Of a stretch of 64,000 nucleotides of DNA, positions 28,627 to 38,310 are shown piece by piece. The first letter of the stretch is position 1; every line of letters starts with the position of its first letter. Under the pieces are notes generated by a model. It did no database searches and was not told the origin of the DNA. It saw nothing but the letters and a program-made list of their open reading frames with translations. This stretch comes from a virus. Position numbers and translations under genes: made by a program. The stretch is taken from UHGV virus genome UHGV-1430452, one strand, 5' to 3'.

Positions 28627-31048
28627 TTACTTGTCTAAGAACAAACCTGTTATTGGTATAAGCAACTCCATTGTTTCCCTGTCCGGTATAGTTATTTTCA
28701 ACCCCACCGGTGAGTTTGCCATCAGATATGTTCAATACTTTAACACTCGCATATCCGCAAACTTCAGACATAAGCGTGAAACACCACGGTTTTCCTGAGT
28801 ATGTAGAAACAGCGCTTTTAGGCACGAAGAAGCTATGTAATCTTGTATTAGTAGCAGACCCATTATAATAGTCAGAGAATATCAATACGATTCCATGAGG
28901 TTGATTTGATACAGGGCTACTAAAAGTTATGGTATGAGTATTACTCGGCCATAAACTTCCGGTCCATAGTGTATTATTTGTAAACCTTTCGGTAACTGAA
29001 CCTCTTACAAAGCCATTATCAGCAGTAAACGTCATAGCAGTTCTGATACTGTGAGGGGAATATGAATCTGTTGGGGTCATGAGAAAATAATTTTCGCTAC
29101 TCCCATCAACTTTTCTAGCAAACATTTTTACTGTAGGACTGACTCCTCCTCTATCCCCTTTAACGCTAACATAAGAAGCCACACCATCGTGTGACTCAAA
29201 ATTTGCTAACATATCAGCAATATCTGCTCTTAATACCACGCGATACTCTCCATCATAGCGGCTAGTGTAAATTGTTTCAGTAGTTGAGGCAGCATTAGCT
29301 TCGTATGTAATGATTGGATCATCATCATCTTCGAAATAAACGAGAACATCGTCTGTAAATGCTTCATCGTTTTCGATGACTAAAGTACCTTTTACAGTAG
29401 ATATCTTACCTCTACCGTTATTCATGGATATTACTGTATTATCTGAATTTTTCCCGAGATCTATTAACGATTCACCAAAAGTAGCCAACTCAGTAATTCC
29501 GTTTCTCATTTCGATGTCTGTACTACTAATAAGAATATTTCTGCCAAGAGTTGATGTTCTCTTATCAGCAACCATAAGTCCATTAGCATCGAAACCGAGG
29601 AAGTTTGTAGCGGTTTTAGCAGCTTCTACAGCCTGACCATAAGGATCAATCCAGCTACTCCATGTTGAAGTTGAAGTTCCAACACGCCAATATTCTTTTC
29701 CAGTACCTTCGACTTTGGCTGTCTGTCTCGGATATCCTCCGCTAGTATCTTTGTACGGCATATCAGTTCGTAAATGACAGTAAGTCCCTACTCCAGACAA
29801 TCCTATAGTAGAACAATACTTGAATTCGGCAACTGATGTACTAGGATAATTATTTATGTAATATAGCGGCGGGTAATTCGAATTTTTGGTATCTTTTACG
29901 TCAAGTCCGTCGCCTTTTGGTCCTTGTGGTCCAGTAGGTCCTTGTGGTCCTGTTGCGCCTGTACTACCAGTTTCTCCTCGTGGTCCAGTAGGTCCTTGTG
30001 GTCCAGTGGCTCCTGTGGCTCCGGTGTTACCAGTAATACATACACCATTAGATGATGGAGTATATGATGTAGTGTTGTCTGTGTACGTTACCAGTGTTCT
30101 TCTCCAAATATACTTTCCATCAGCCCACGTAGGTTGACTCGTACTCCATGATCCACCTGTTAATGTTGTCGGGGAATTGGATGAATAGAACTGTTCTTGT
30201 GTACTTTTTATGGTAGAACCCAGTGTTACGCTCAATCCATTAGCAGTCTGTTCTAGAGTAGAGACCTCGCCTTCCAAATCTGTTACTTTCGAACTTAAAC
30301 CACTGGCAGTCTGTTCTACCGTACTAACCCTGTTTCCAAGAGAAGTAGTTTCCTGTACATTTGCTTCTATTCTGTCAGCATTTTGATCGATACTGGATTT
30401 AGCGTTTGTTAGATCTGTAGTGAGCTTCGATACATCCGAAGTTAAGCCATCAGCAGTCTGTTCAAGCGTGCTTGTCCTGACACCTAATTCATTTGTGGCG
30501 TTCACATTTGCTGTAATACGTTCTCTTTCTATGTTCAGATCAGCTTCGTACTCCGTTCTGAGGTCATTCACGGCTTCCCATGAACTATCACAAACTGGGC
30601 TTGTGTATGCATTTGACGTTGGGTTCTTATACGTAATGAGATATCTCGTCCATAAATACATACCAGTAGACCAGGTAGGCATGGAAGTTACCCATGACCC
30701 GCCTGTCTGTGTTGTTTTGGAAGTGCTTAAATAATATTGCTGAGTGATGCTATCAATGCCAGTACCAGTAGGACCCTGAGATCCTGTTGCCCCGTCGGTT
30801 CCATTCTTAGGTATGTAAGATACTGAATATGTTGTAGATGTATCACCCTCTGTATATGTAATGACGGTTCTGCTCCACAAATACTGTCCAGGTGATACAG
30901 AGGGGATTGTCGTACTCCATGTACCGTTTGGAGGATTTGTGCCTGACGTACCAGCCTGATAAGTTATGACTGTGGATGTAATTCCCTTGCCGTCTATTCC
31001 GTCTATAATGTCCGAGATAGTAACCTCGGCTTTAGCTATCACAGCCAA
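28616..31048 (-). CDS. Tail fibre protein with three W..(S/T)..P...YLW.R modules, coiled-coil segments and a collagen-like G-X-Y tract
   Basis: GTWSTTIPSVSPGQYLWSR, GSWVTSMPTWSTGMYLWTR and GSWSTSQPTWADGKYIWRR; G-X-Y run GNTGATGATGPQGPTGPRGETGSTGATGPQGPTGPQGPKGDG. Confidence 0.75.
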   Translation of the reverse strand: MAVIAKAEVTISDIIDGIDGKGITSTVITYQAGTSGTNPPNGTWSTTIPSVSPGQYLWSRTVITYTEGDTSTTYSVSYIPKNGTDGATGSQGPTGTGIDSITQQYYLSTSKTTQTGGSWVTSMPTWSTGMYLWTRYLITYKNPTSNAYTSPVCDSSWEAVNDLRTEYEADLNIERERITANVNATNELGVRTSTLEQTADGLTSDVSKLTTDLTNAKSSIDQNADRIEANVQETTSLGNRVSTVEQTASGLSSKVTDLEGEVSTLEQTANGLSVTLGSTIKSTQEQFYSSNSPTTLTGGSWSTSQPTWADGKYIWRRTLVTYTDNTTSYTPSSNGVCITGNTGATGATGPQGPTGPRGETGSTGATGPQGPTGPQGPKGDGLDVKDTKNSNYPPLYYINNYPSTSVAEFKYCSTIGLSGVGTYCHLRTDMPYKDTSGGYPRQTAKVEGTGKEYWRVGTSTSTWSSWIDPYGQAVEAAKTATNFLGFDANGLMVADKRTSTLGRNILISSTDIEMRNGITELATFGESLIDLGKNSDNTVISMNNGRGKISTVKGTLVIENDEAFTDDVLVYFEDDDDPIITYEANAASTTETIYTSRYDGEYRVVLRADIADMLANFESHDGVASYVSVKGDRGGVSPTVKMFARKVDGSSENYFLMTPTDSYSPHSIRTAMTFTADNGFVRGSVTERFTNNTLWTGSLWPSNTHTITFSSPVSNQPHGIVLIFSDYYNGSATNTRLHSFFVPKSAVSTYSGKPWCFTLMSEVCGYASVKVLNISDGKLTGGVENNYTGQGNNGVAYTNNRFVLRQVIGV
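29903..30036 (-). repeat. Collagen-like G-X-Y coding tract inside the 810-aa fibre
   Basis: The plus strand shows repeated ggtcc/tggtcc periodicity. Translation gives about 14 G-X-Y triplets. Confidence 0.8.
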
Positions 31049-31068
31049 ATAACATCACTGTCCTTTCT

Positions 31069-31350
31069 CTAAATATCTGTAGCTCCCTCGAATTCAGGAA
31101 GTGTTTTAAGATACTCATATGCAAGTTCAATTGTCATATTAGGACTATAATCTGTCTCATAAGTCTTGCTCTTTTTATAAGCAACAGAATCGAATGTGTC
31201 TTTTTCGTCATTCCTTGCATGTTCATCAATGTATGAGAGAACCGCTATGGAATTCTGCCGATTGATTGTCGACTGAATAAATAAGATTCTATGATAGTTT
31301 GTAGTAACGCCGTCCAGTTGTTTAATAGCTTTACATAATGCCATAATCAT
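31069..31350 (-). CDS. Putative tail-fibre assembly/chaperone-like protein, paralogue of 28291..28626
   Basis: See 28291..28626. It sits directly after fibre gene 31359..33143. Confidence 0.45.
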   Translation of the reverse strand: MIMALCKAIKQLDGVTTNYHRILFIQSTINRQNSIAVLSYIDEHARNDEKDTFDSVAYKKSKTYETDYSPNMTIELAYEYLKTLPEFEGATDI

Positions 31351-31358
31351 CAGTCTCC

Positions 31359-33143
31359 TTAACTAAAAGTAATCTTTCCGTCCCAATATATACCAATAGC
31401 ATCATTGTTTGTTACATTTGTTGTGTTAGTAAAAACTACTTTAATATAAACACCAACTCCATATGTAGCGTACGTATCATATGAATCGGGTTTCACATAA
31501 ACAGAAGCAGCCGATCCGTGTGTATACTTAGTGTTCTGCCTTAATACAAAACCGTCCAAACTGGTAGCCGTTGCAGTTGGTGATCCTATTATTGGTTTTG
31601 ACATAGGAACCCAGAATGAAATATCTCTGCCGGAATTAGTCACATAACCAGCAGTTCGTAATGTTATCGAAATGGTATCTCCACGCGAATAATATGGTTT
31701 GTATGTACCTGGACTAGCCAAGTCACTAATACCAAATGTTATGTTATGACCATAAATATTCGTGTTGCCCGTTCTAGCATCCCAGTTTCCATACCCGACA
31801 ATAGTATTACCATATTGGTTCTGAGCCTGGAATGCTTCGTGATAAGTCCCATCGGTAGCATTTTTAGCTATAATGGAATTCGGAGAATCCAGAACCACAT
31901 CTTGCCTAAAATAAGCTTTATAATTAACATCAAAAGCGTCATTTAACTCAGCTGGTTTACCAATTGATACACCTTTTCCTCCAGCTTTAAAGTCGATAGG
32001 AAATCTAGCACCACCAAGAGTTTTCTTAACCGATGTAGTACCATTCTTACTATCAGTTACTTTAATTGTGAATTCATAAGATTTATCAACGTTTAACGCA
32101 TTATCTCCTACTACTACAGAAGCGCTTCCACTATTACCAGATGCAGAGATGGTTTTCGTGTTGGTCAACCATGACACAGTTACTGATGTTACCGGGTTTG
32201 ATCCGGTTAACTGACTACAAGACCAATTAAATGTAATCTTACAATAAGTTCCGGTTTCCTGTGTCGTACCGCTTGAATTACAACGAGTAACTTTCACGCT
32301 TGATATAGTTGGAGGCTTATACGCAAGTTCCCATACAGCGTAAAGAGTAATAGCAGCATTTGAAGTATAGTTAGCTCCTGCCGCATAAGCTACAGCACCT
32401 GTCGCAGACTTAGCCCAACCTTTAAAGTTATAGTTCGTCCTGGTAGGTTTAGTAGTTGATAATTTAAGAGTTACACCGTACGTTTTCGTTTGCTGTGCAG
32501 GTGCTCCACTTCCTCCGTTAGCATTATAAGTAACTTTGTAAGTGATAGCCTGCCATACCGCATAAAGAGTAACACTCGCATTTGCTGTATAACTTGCCCC
32601 AGCAGCATAAGCCACACCCCCAGTAGAAGATGTGGCCCAACCTTTAAATGTATATCCTGTTCTCGTAGGTTTTGTAGACGATAATGTAATGTTTGTTCCA
32701 TGCCATTTTGTCTGTTGAGATGGAGCACCTGAACCTCCGTTTGCGTTATAACTAATCTTATAGGAAGTTTTAGCCGCAACCGAGATCGATCCACTGGCAG
32801 TCTTAGTTCCAGCGTAGGTTCCGCTCCATGTGAAATTCATTTCAAAGGAGAACCACAAAGCGATAGATCTTGCTGATGTTCCCTTTGTAATAGTTACGGT
32901 TCCACTTGTAATTGTCTGAGAACTTTTACCACCTATGGAGAATGTTCCAGATTTAACAACTTTACCATCTATTTTGACACTGTAATTTTTCGCAACGCTA
33001 GAGTTAACAGTATATCCATGAGTTACCCATTTGAGTGTCCAAGAAAGTGTGGCAGTGGTTGCAGTACTACTTGACTGAGTTACTACAAGTTGAACCTGCG
33101 GACAGGATGAACTACCAAATTGTGCCGTTGTTAAAGTTGCCAT
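31359..33143 (-). CDS. Tail fibre / receptor-binding protein with two Listeria-Bacteroides (Flg_new/InlB-B-type) repeats
   Basis: Y(K)ISYNANGGSGAP.QQTK..G....LS.TKPTR.GY.FKGWA.S.TG.VAYAAGA.YT.NA..TLYAVW occurs twice. Confidence 0.7.
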   Translation of the reverse strand: MATLTTAQFGSSSCPQVQLVVTQSSSTATTATLSWTLKWVTHGYTVNSSVAKNYSVKIDGKVVKSGTFSIGGKSSQTITSGTVTITKGTSARSIALWFSFEMNFTWSGTYAGTKTASGSISVAAKTSYKISYNANGGSGAPSQQTKWHGTNITLSSTKPTRTGYTFKGWATSSTGGVAYAAGASYTANASVTLYAVWQAITYKVTYNANGGSGAPAQQTKTYGVTLKLSTTKPTRTNYNFKGWAKSATGAVAYAAGANYTSNAAITLYAVWELAYKPPTISSVKVTRCNSSGTTQETGTYCKITFNWSCSQLTGSNPVTSVTVSWLTNTKTISASGNSGSASVVVGDNALNVDKSYEFTIKVTDSKNGTTSVKKTLGGARFPIDFKAGGKGVSIGKPAELNDAFDVNYKAYFRQDVVLDSPNSIIAKNATDGTYHEAFQAQNQYGNTIVGYGNWDARTGNTNIYGHNITFGISDLASPGTYKPYYSRGDTISITLRTAGYVTNSGRDISFWVPMSKPIIGSPTATATSLDGFVLRQNTKYTHGSAASVYVKPDSYDTYATYGVGVYIKVVFTNTTNVTNNDAIGIYWDGKITFS

Positions 33144-34516
33144 TATGAATCACTTCCTTTCCAAATGAGACCCATGTTACCGTTACTGCGCTCTGCAAAT
33201 GCAAATCCGCCAAATGCTAATTCATCCTCAACTTCTGCTTTTCCGATTTTTAACGATTGGTTAGTTACATATGCCGGGACGGTTGTACCATCCATGAATT
33301 TTATAGCTGTATTGGTGATTAGAACTTTAAACGAACTCTCATTTCCAAGCTCAATGCACGGTTCGTCTCCATCAGTTGTGATTCGAATATAATTCGTTAA
33401 CTCTTCCAAACCTGTCACAGCATTTTCCAATGCAGTGATATCTCCACCTTGAGCGTCAATATCATTCTCCAAAGACTTTATTCCATCAATAGCATTCTGT
33501 AATTGAGTTAAAGTCTCACCCATAGAAAATATCCATCCACTTGATGTTTGCTCCATTAACGAAGCTCCGCTACCGTCAACAACCATGGTAGATATTGAAT
33601 CAGCTATCTGTGAAATCCTAGATTCTGCTTGTTCGATACGTTCAGTCAATCTATCGGCTGCATCTTGAGCAGCATTTTCCGCTGCTTCTAAGCCATTAGA
33701 TGACGCTAAATCTTCCGGAGCCGGTGTCCAGTCGGTTGCTTTGTTTCCGAGTTCGAATTTAACATTTCGAATTTTGCAACCTACCTGTGTTGGACAATAT
33801 ATCTCTATTTTGTTACTACTAATCAAGTCAGTTCCTTCTTCTCCTTTATCAGCAACGGTAATGTCCAATTCTTGATGTACCCAAGTAGTTCCAACAGCCT
33901 GGATTGAATTGTTTATAGTCATTACATATCTGGGTGTTCCGTTCGTATTATATACATTGCAAGTTGTACTTCCGTTTGGACTAACGATATCAAAACTCAT
34001 TTTGACTTTTTCCCCAACGAAGTTACTCATAGGAACTGTCAGATTATAAAATTGTGAAAAAGAACCTGTATCTTGATATGTTGCTAAGACATATTCATTA
34101 TTTTCATCAAATGGTAAACCACTACGACCATCACCATCATAATCAACGTCTCTTGTTCCGAAATAGTTTCTTCCTCCTATTTCAAGTCCGTCAATCTTAT
34201 TATTAGTGCTATTCGCAGTGTTCTGTGCATTAACCGCTTTGTTGTATGCCTGCTTCGCCGCTTCATACGAGCTCGATTTCGAAACTGACGAATATCTAAA
34301 ATTCCCATTTGTAAATACAGTACAATCCACGAAATATAAAGTATTAGTAGATCCAGCACTGTATGAAGGTTCCGTCAATGACCAATTACCGCCTGGCGGA
34401 TTACTTGTGGGTTTGGCCGGGATGTTGGTAGTAGACGATTGTAACAGATAATATCGAGTTACAGATTCTATATCAACGATATGGGATATTGTTATCTCGG
34501 CCTTCCCCCTAATCAT
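33143..34516 (-). CDS. Tail fibre/baseplate-associated protein with central coiled coil
   Basis: The N-terminal KAEITISHIVD motif is shared with the two neighbouring fibre genes. It has one PPGGNWSLTEP module and a heptad-rich C-terminal third. Confidence 0.55.
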   Translation of the reverse strand: MIRGKAEITISHIVDIESVTRYYLLQSSTTNIPAKPTSNPPGGNWSLTEPSYSAGSTNTLYFVDCTVFTNGNFRYSSVSKSSSYEAAKQAYNKAVNAQNTANSTNNKIDGLEIGGRNYFGTRDVDYDGDGRSGLPFDENNEYVLATYQDTGSFSQFYNLTVPMSNFVGEKVKMSFDIVSPNGSTTCNVYNTNGTPRYVMTINNSIQAVGTTWVHQELDITVADKGEEGTDLISSNKIEIYCPTQVGCKIRNVKFELGNKATDWTPAPEDLASSNGLEAAENAAQDAADRLTERIEQAESRISQIADSISTMVVDGSGASLMEQTSSGWIFSMGETLTQLQNAIDGIKSLENDIDAQGGDITALENAVTGLEELTNYIRITTDGDEPCIELGNESSFKVLITNTAIKFMDGTTVPAYVTNQSLKIGKAEVEDELAFGGFAFAERSNGNMGLIWKGSDS

Positions 34517-34526
34517 ATTAAGCTCC

Positions 34527-35651
34527 TTACTGCTCTAACTGAGCGGTATAAACTACAGAATTAGTAACCTCAGCCGCTGATACGCTCAATGTCTTACTGG
34601 TTTTAATTGCTGTAGTTGATCCCTGTTTATACCATTTAATACTTCCAAGAGATCCGCATACTCCGGCGTCCGTGATTGACTGTTCAATAGCGCCTTTAAA
34701 TACATGAGCTGTTAATACAGTAGAGCCGGAATTGTTCTTAAATATAGTTCCGTTTGAGGAAGTAATGGTAATTGTAATAGCATCAGCTCCAGCATTACCC
34801 TGAGCACCTGTTGCTCCATGAGTTCCGATGATTGCTGGAGTAGAAGAAGCTGTCTGACCATTTGTATATGTAGTCTTCTGATATGACCAAATATATTTGT
34901 TTGTTGTTGTAGTTGCTGTCGGTGTAGTTGACCATCCACTTGTAGATGTAGTCACTCCACTTGATGCGGATGTTGTAAGGTAGAAAGTTTCAACCTTCGA
35001 TATGCCATTACCTGTAGCACCTGTCTGACCTGTAGCTCCTGTTGCCCCATGAGTACCAATAATGACAGGTGTGGTTGTGGTCGGAGAACCTGTAGTATAC
35101 GAAATTTTCTGATAACTCCACAAATATTTGTTAGTTGTTGTAGTGGACTGCATTGATGTTGTCCATCCGGTAGTAGAAGTAGTAACACCAGAAGGAGATG
35201 ATGAAGCCAGGTAGTAGGTTTCAACTCCCGTAATACCTTTTCCCGGAGATCCAGTAGCTCCTGTCTGTCCAGTTGCTCCTGTCTGCCCCTTCATCGCTAC
35301 CGCAAACGAGAACTTCTTATTTACGGTGATTCCATCCACTACTACAGGTATTGTAGCCTCACAAGCTTCTGTAATTGCAGCTGTTGTTGTGAATGTTATT
35401 TTCACGGCTGATGTTCCACTGTTTGCCACAGATGCACTAATTCCTTCTGGACAAGTTATATTAGCTGCTGTAACACTAACCGATGAACACTGATTTGTTC
35501 CGCAGAATGCAACAGCTTCTGTAGTACAAGTCAGACCAGTAGCTGTACCGCTAGTACCTCCAACAAAAGTGTAAGCTTCACTAGTTAACATGACTGAATA
35601 CGCGTCTGTAACGTCTATAATCGTAATCTGATCAGCTGATCTAATTGCCAT
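34527..35651 (-). CDS. Tail fibre-like protein with short G-X-Y runs and two W..S...T..KY(L/I)WSYQK modules
   Basis: GQTGATGQTGATGSPG and GATGATGQTGATG; a duplicated ~70-aa module; N-terminal SADQITIIDV motif. Confidence 0.6.
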   Translation of the reverse strand: MAIRSADQITIIDVTDAYSVMLTSEAYTFVGGTSGTATGLTCTTEAVAFCGTNQCSSVSVTAANITCPEGISASVANSGTSAVKITFTTTAAITEACEATIPVVVDGITVNKKFSFAVAMKGQTGATGQTGATGSPGKGITGVETYYLASSSPSGVTTSTTGWTTSMQSTTTTNKYLWSYQKISYTTGSPTTTTPVIIGTHGATGATGQTGATGNGISKVETFYLTTSASSGVTTSTSGWSTTPTATTTTNKYIWSYQKTTYTNGQTASSTPAIIGTHGATGAQGNAGADAITITITSSNGTIFKNNSGSTVLTAHVFKGAIEQSITDAGVCGSLGSIKWYKQGSTTAIKTSKTLSVSAAEVTNSVVYTAQLEQ

Positions 35652-35669
35652 TTTGATTTTCCTCCCTTA

Positions 35670-37244
35670 TTAAACAATTAATTGACATAGAAATGTGATT
35701 TTTGTATCGACGTCTTCAGGACTTAGTGTGAAGGTAAAACCATCGTTGCCAAGTCGCTCATCGTCGGCTGATATAACTCCAAATGAATCGTCATTAAGTC
35801 GTTGCCAGCTCCATTCAAGGTATGCACCAGGACCAACTGCCTCTTTAAGGGTTTTCATATCTGTAATTCTTCTGCTTCCACGATAAATAACCGCCGATAA
35901 TACGGTGGCTACTTGATCGTTCTTAAATACAGTTCCTCTCGATGATTCAATCCTCAAAAGAGTTGTTACTTCATCCTCAATCTGGGTCATATGATTTTTG
36001 ATGCTATCAATCTCTTCTTGAAGACTTGGACCGCTGCTACCACCAGCAGACATTGATATGCTGTTTGCTGATATTTCGAGCTTATAAGTACCGTCTTCTG
36101 TTTTATAATATTTCAAGAAATTGCTAGAGTCTCCGAAAGCTATTTGCCCCTCATTATCGAGATAAATACCACGAGTATTGTTATCTACAGTCTCTTTAAC
36201 TCCAGAATATATGGAATTGTTTGTTATATTAAGTCCACCAATAGTTGCGCCAAAAGCAACCAAATCGCTAACTGATATCTTCTCTGCTGTTACTGATTTC
36301 GCTCTAATGACTTGTCCATTAAGGCTGTTATAATCAGTTTGTTCGGCTTCTGTGGTAACTCCATCTGTATTAAGTTTGTAATATAGACCGTCTTCACCTT
36401 TCACCACTAACTTATCAGCAACAATAGTATTGGCTTCAATCATGTCACCACGGATAGTAACACCGACCAACTCTCCTGTGAGCGTTTGATCTCCTACAAC
36501 CAAATCTTTAATAAGACCACTTTCAGTAAATAAGTTTGTAATAGCAGCTTTTCCGATATTGGAAAAATCGATATTGGCATATTTACCGTCAAGGTTGGCA
36601 ATTGTAGCGTTGATGGCAGTTAAATCCTCTGTGGTAAGATTCTTGAAGTTACCAAAGTCAGATTCTAAATTATGAATATTAGCGTCGACAGCTTCCAGAC
36701 TTCCTATTGTCGCGTATTTAATATCAGCTATATCGGCATCGAGTTTCTTAGCGTTTAAGTTTTCTATTTCCGCAGAATTAGCGGTTAGTTTCCCTTCAAT
36801 TGTTGCATCATTGGCTTTTAATGTTTCAATATCGGCTTTGCTAGCAGTCAATGTATCTTTAATAGTCACATTATCACTGACTAAGTCATCGATACGACCC
36901 ATCTGAGCATCGAATTCTTTAGTACTTACTTTGTCAGCAATTACTATTTCGAATTCTGATATTTGATCACCAATTTCCGTAACAACTTTATTACTAGCCG
37001 ACGGGGATGACGTGCTACCAGTGACAGTCGCAGAATGGTCTTTAATTGTCACAATAACTCGGTCACCGTTTTCTACTACTGTAGTAGATTTCATAGGTGT
37101 TAATAGATCAGACCCATCAAGCTTTACAAATTTCTCACCATTGTAATCGACTATTGTTCCAAAAGAGGTGCTTTCGGAAGGTTCCTTTTTGGTATCTTTA
37201 GTCGCTTTTACGAATTGTGATATCAAATCGCTAGAGAGTCCCAT
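35670..37244 (-). CDS. Minor structural / tail-tip fibre protein (gp58-like N-terminus; tentative)
   Basis: 524 aa, following Tal-like and Dit-like genes. It has repeated coiled segments (DATIEGKLTANSAEIENL...). Confidence 0.5.
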   Translation of the reverse strand: MGLSSDLISQFVKATKDTKKEPSESTSFGTIVDYNGEKFVKLDGSDLLTPMKSTTVVENGDRVIVTIKDHSATVTGSTSSPSASNKVVTEIGDQISEFEIVIADKVSTKEFDAQMGRIDDLVSDNVTIKDTLTASKADIETLKANDATIEGKLTANSAEIENLNAKKLDADIADIKYATIGSLEAVDANIHNLESDFGNFKNLTTEDLTAINATIANLDGKYANIDFSNIGKAAITNLFTESGLIKDLVVGDQTLTGELVGVTIRGDMIEANTIVADKLVVKGEDGLYYKLNTDGVTTEAEQTDYNSLNGQVIRAKSVTAEKISVSDLVAFGATIGGLNITNNSIYSGVKETVDNNTRGIYLDNEGQIAFGDSSNFLKYYKTEDGTYKLEISANSISMSAGGSSGPSLQEEIDSIKNHMTQIEDEVTTLLRIESSRGTVFKNDQVATVLSAVIYRGSRRITDMKTLKEAVGPGAYLEWSWQRLNDDSFGVISADDERLGNDGFTFTLSPEDVDTKITFLCQLIV

Positions 37245-37250
37245 TAAATA

Positions 37251-38309
37251 TCACCCCCATAATTTAGTTGTAAATACAGCTTTCTCTGTAACTGGACATC
37301 CAGGCTCACATTTGATAGATTGACTAACAACTTTGGCTTTTATGTTACTTATTCCAGCTCGTTTATAGTTAAGACGTACACAATCATTTAACCGTACAGG
37401 ACAATACGCGTGAGTATATGTCACCGTATATTCAAGGCAGGACACTTCACGGAGTAATTGCTCTGCATATTTTTGAATCTGTGATTCGGTCGGTATACCT
37501 GACAAGCTAGGATTAGTCACTCGATGTAAAATCTCTCGACCGCGATTGATAGTAGAAGTTGGACTATTTTCGTCGTCATTAACTGCCCTACCGTAATAAA
37601 TATCGTTAGCGTCAGAGTATACTACCTCAACAACATTCGGTATTCCGTACAGATCATGATTTACTGTTATCTCAGGATACAAGATAGAACTATTATTATC
37701 ATCATAGGTATGAACAGGTTGCAAAGAGGCCGTATCCTGATCGGGAGCGAAAAGAATACGACCTAATTCGTCTAAACTAAGTTTATATTTTGCATTTGAT
37801 ATCAAATCCGAAGTAAATGTTATCCAAGTATCATCCGTGTTTGCTACAAAATCGTTATATAATTCAGTCTCATTGTCTGCTTTTATAACTGGTGCTCTTA
37901 CGTTGTCACGACATATCTGATAGGCCATTTTCATGATGTTCTCGCCTTTTAATATGGAATATCCAAGAGGTGGTGGATTCTCCTTTAACTCAATCAGTGG
38001 TGTGTAAGCGTCAAGAGTGTTGTCTTGTTTCTTACCGTCGAATGATGAGGATGGGGTTTGAACTAAGTAAGTGCCTAGAGGATGTTTCTCAGTTAATCCA
38101 TTTTGAATCGTAATGAGATAAACCCTCACATAGCACTCACCGATAGTTTCCGTAATATCTAATGTAGCTGATCCAAGTGTTTCAGCCCCTGAGTCTCTGG
38201 AAATAGAACACGATTTCACGGTATCTATTCGTTTCATATCTTTCCATGTGCCTGGATCGACTATATAGTATTCAAATGTCTGTTCCATCGACTTAGTCCA
38301 ATCTGGCAT
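37251..38309 (-). CDS. Tail-associated (Tal/baseplate-hub-like) protein
   Basis: ORF track 37251..38327; ATG at 38309 after GAAGGAGGTATCTGAT. The call rests on its position after the Dit-like gene. Confidence 0.5.
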   Translation of the reverse strand: MPDWTKSMEQTFEYYIVDPGTWKDMKRIDTVKSCSISRDSGAETLGSATLDITETIGECYVRVYLITIQNGLTEKHPLGTYLVQTPSSSFDGKKQDNTLDAYTPLIELKENPPPLGYSILKGENIMKMAYQICRDNVRAPVIKADNETELYNDFVANTDDTWITFTSDLISNAKYKLSLDELGRILFAPDQDTASLQPVHTYDDNNSSILYPEITVNHDLYGIPNVVEVVYSDANDIYYGRAVNDDENSPTSTINRGREILHRVTNPSLSGIPTESQIQKYAEQLLREVSCLEYTVTYTHAYCPVRLNDCVRLNYKRAGISNIKAKVVSQSIKCEPGCPVTEKAVFTTKLWG

Positions 38310-38310
38310 A

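Noticed and set aside
27639-37244. Diversity-generating retroelement suspected because of repeated modules in the fibre genes
   Set aside because: No reverse transcriptase gene is in the window, and there is no template/variable repeat pair with adenine-specific differences. The repeats are protein-level modules with ordinary divergence.
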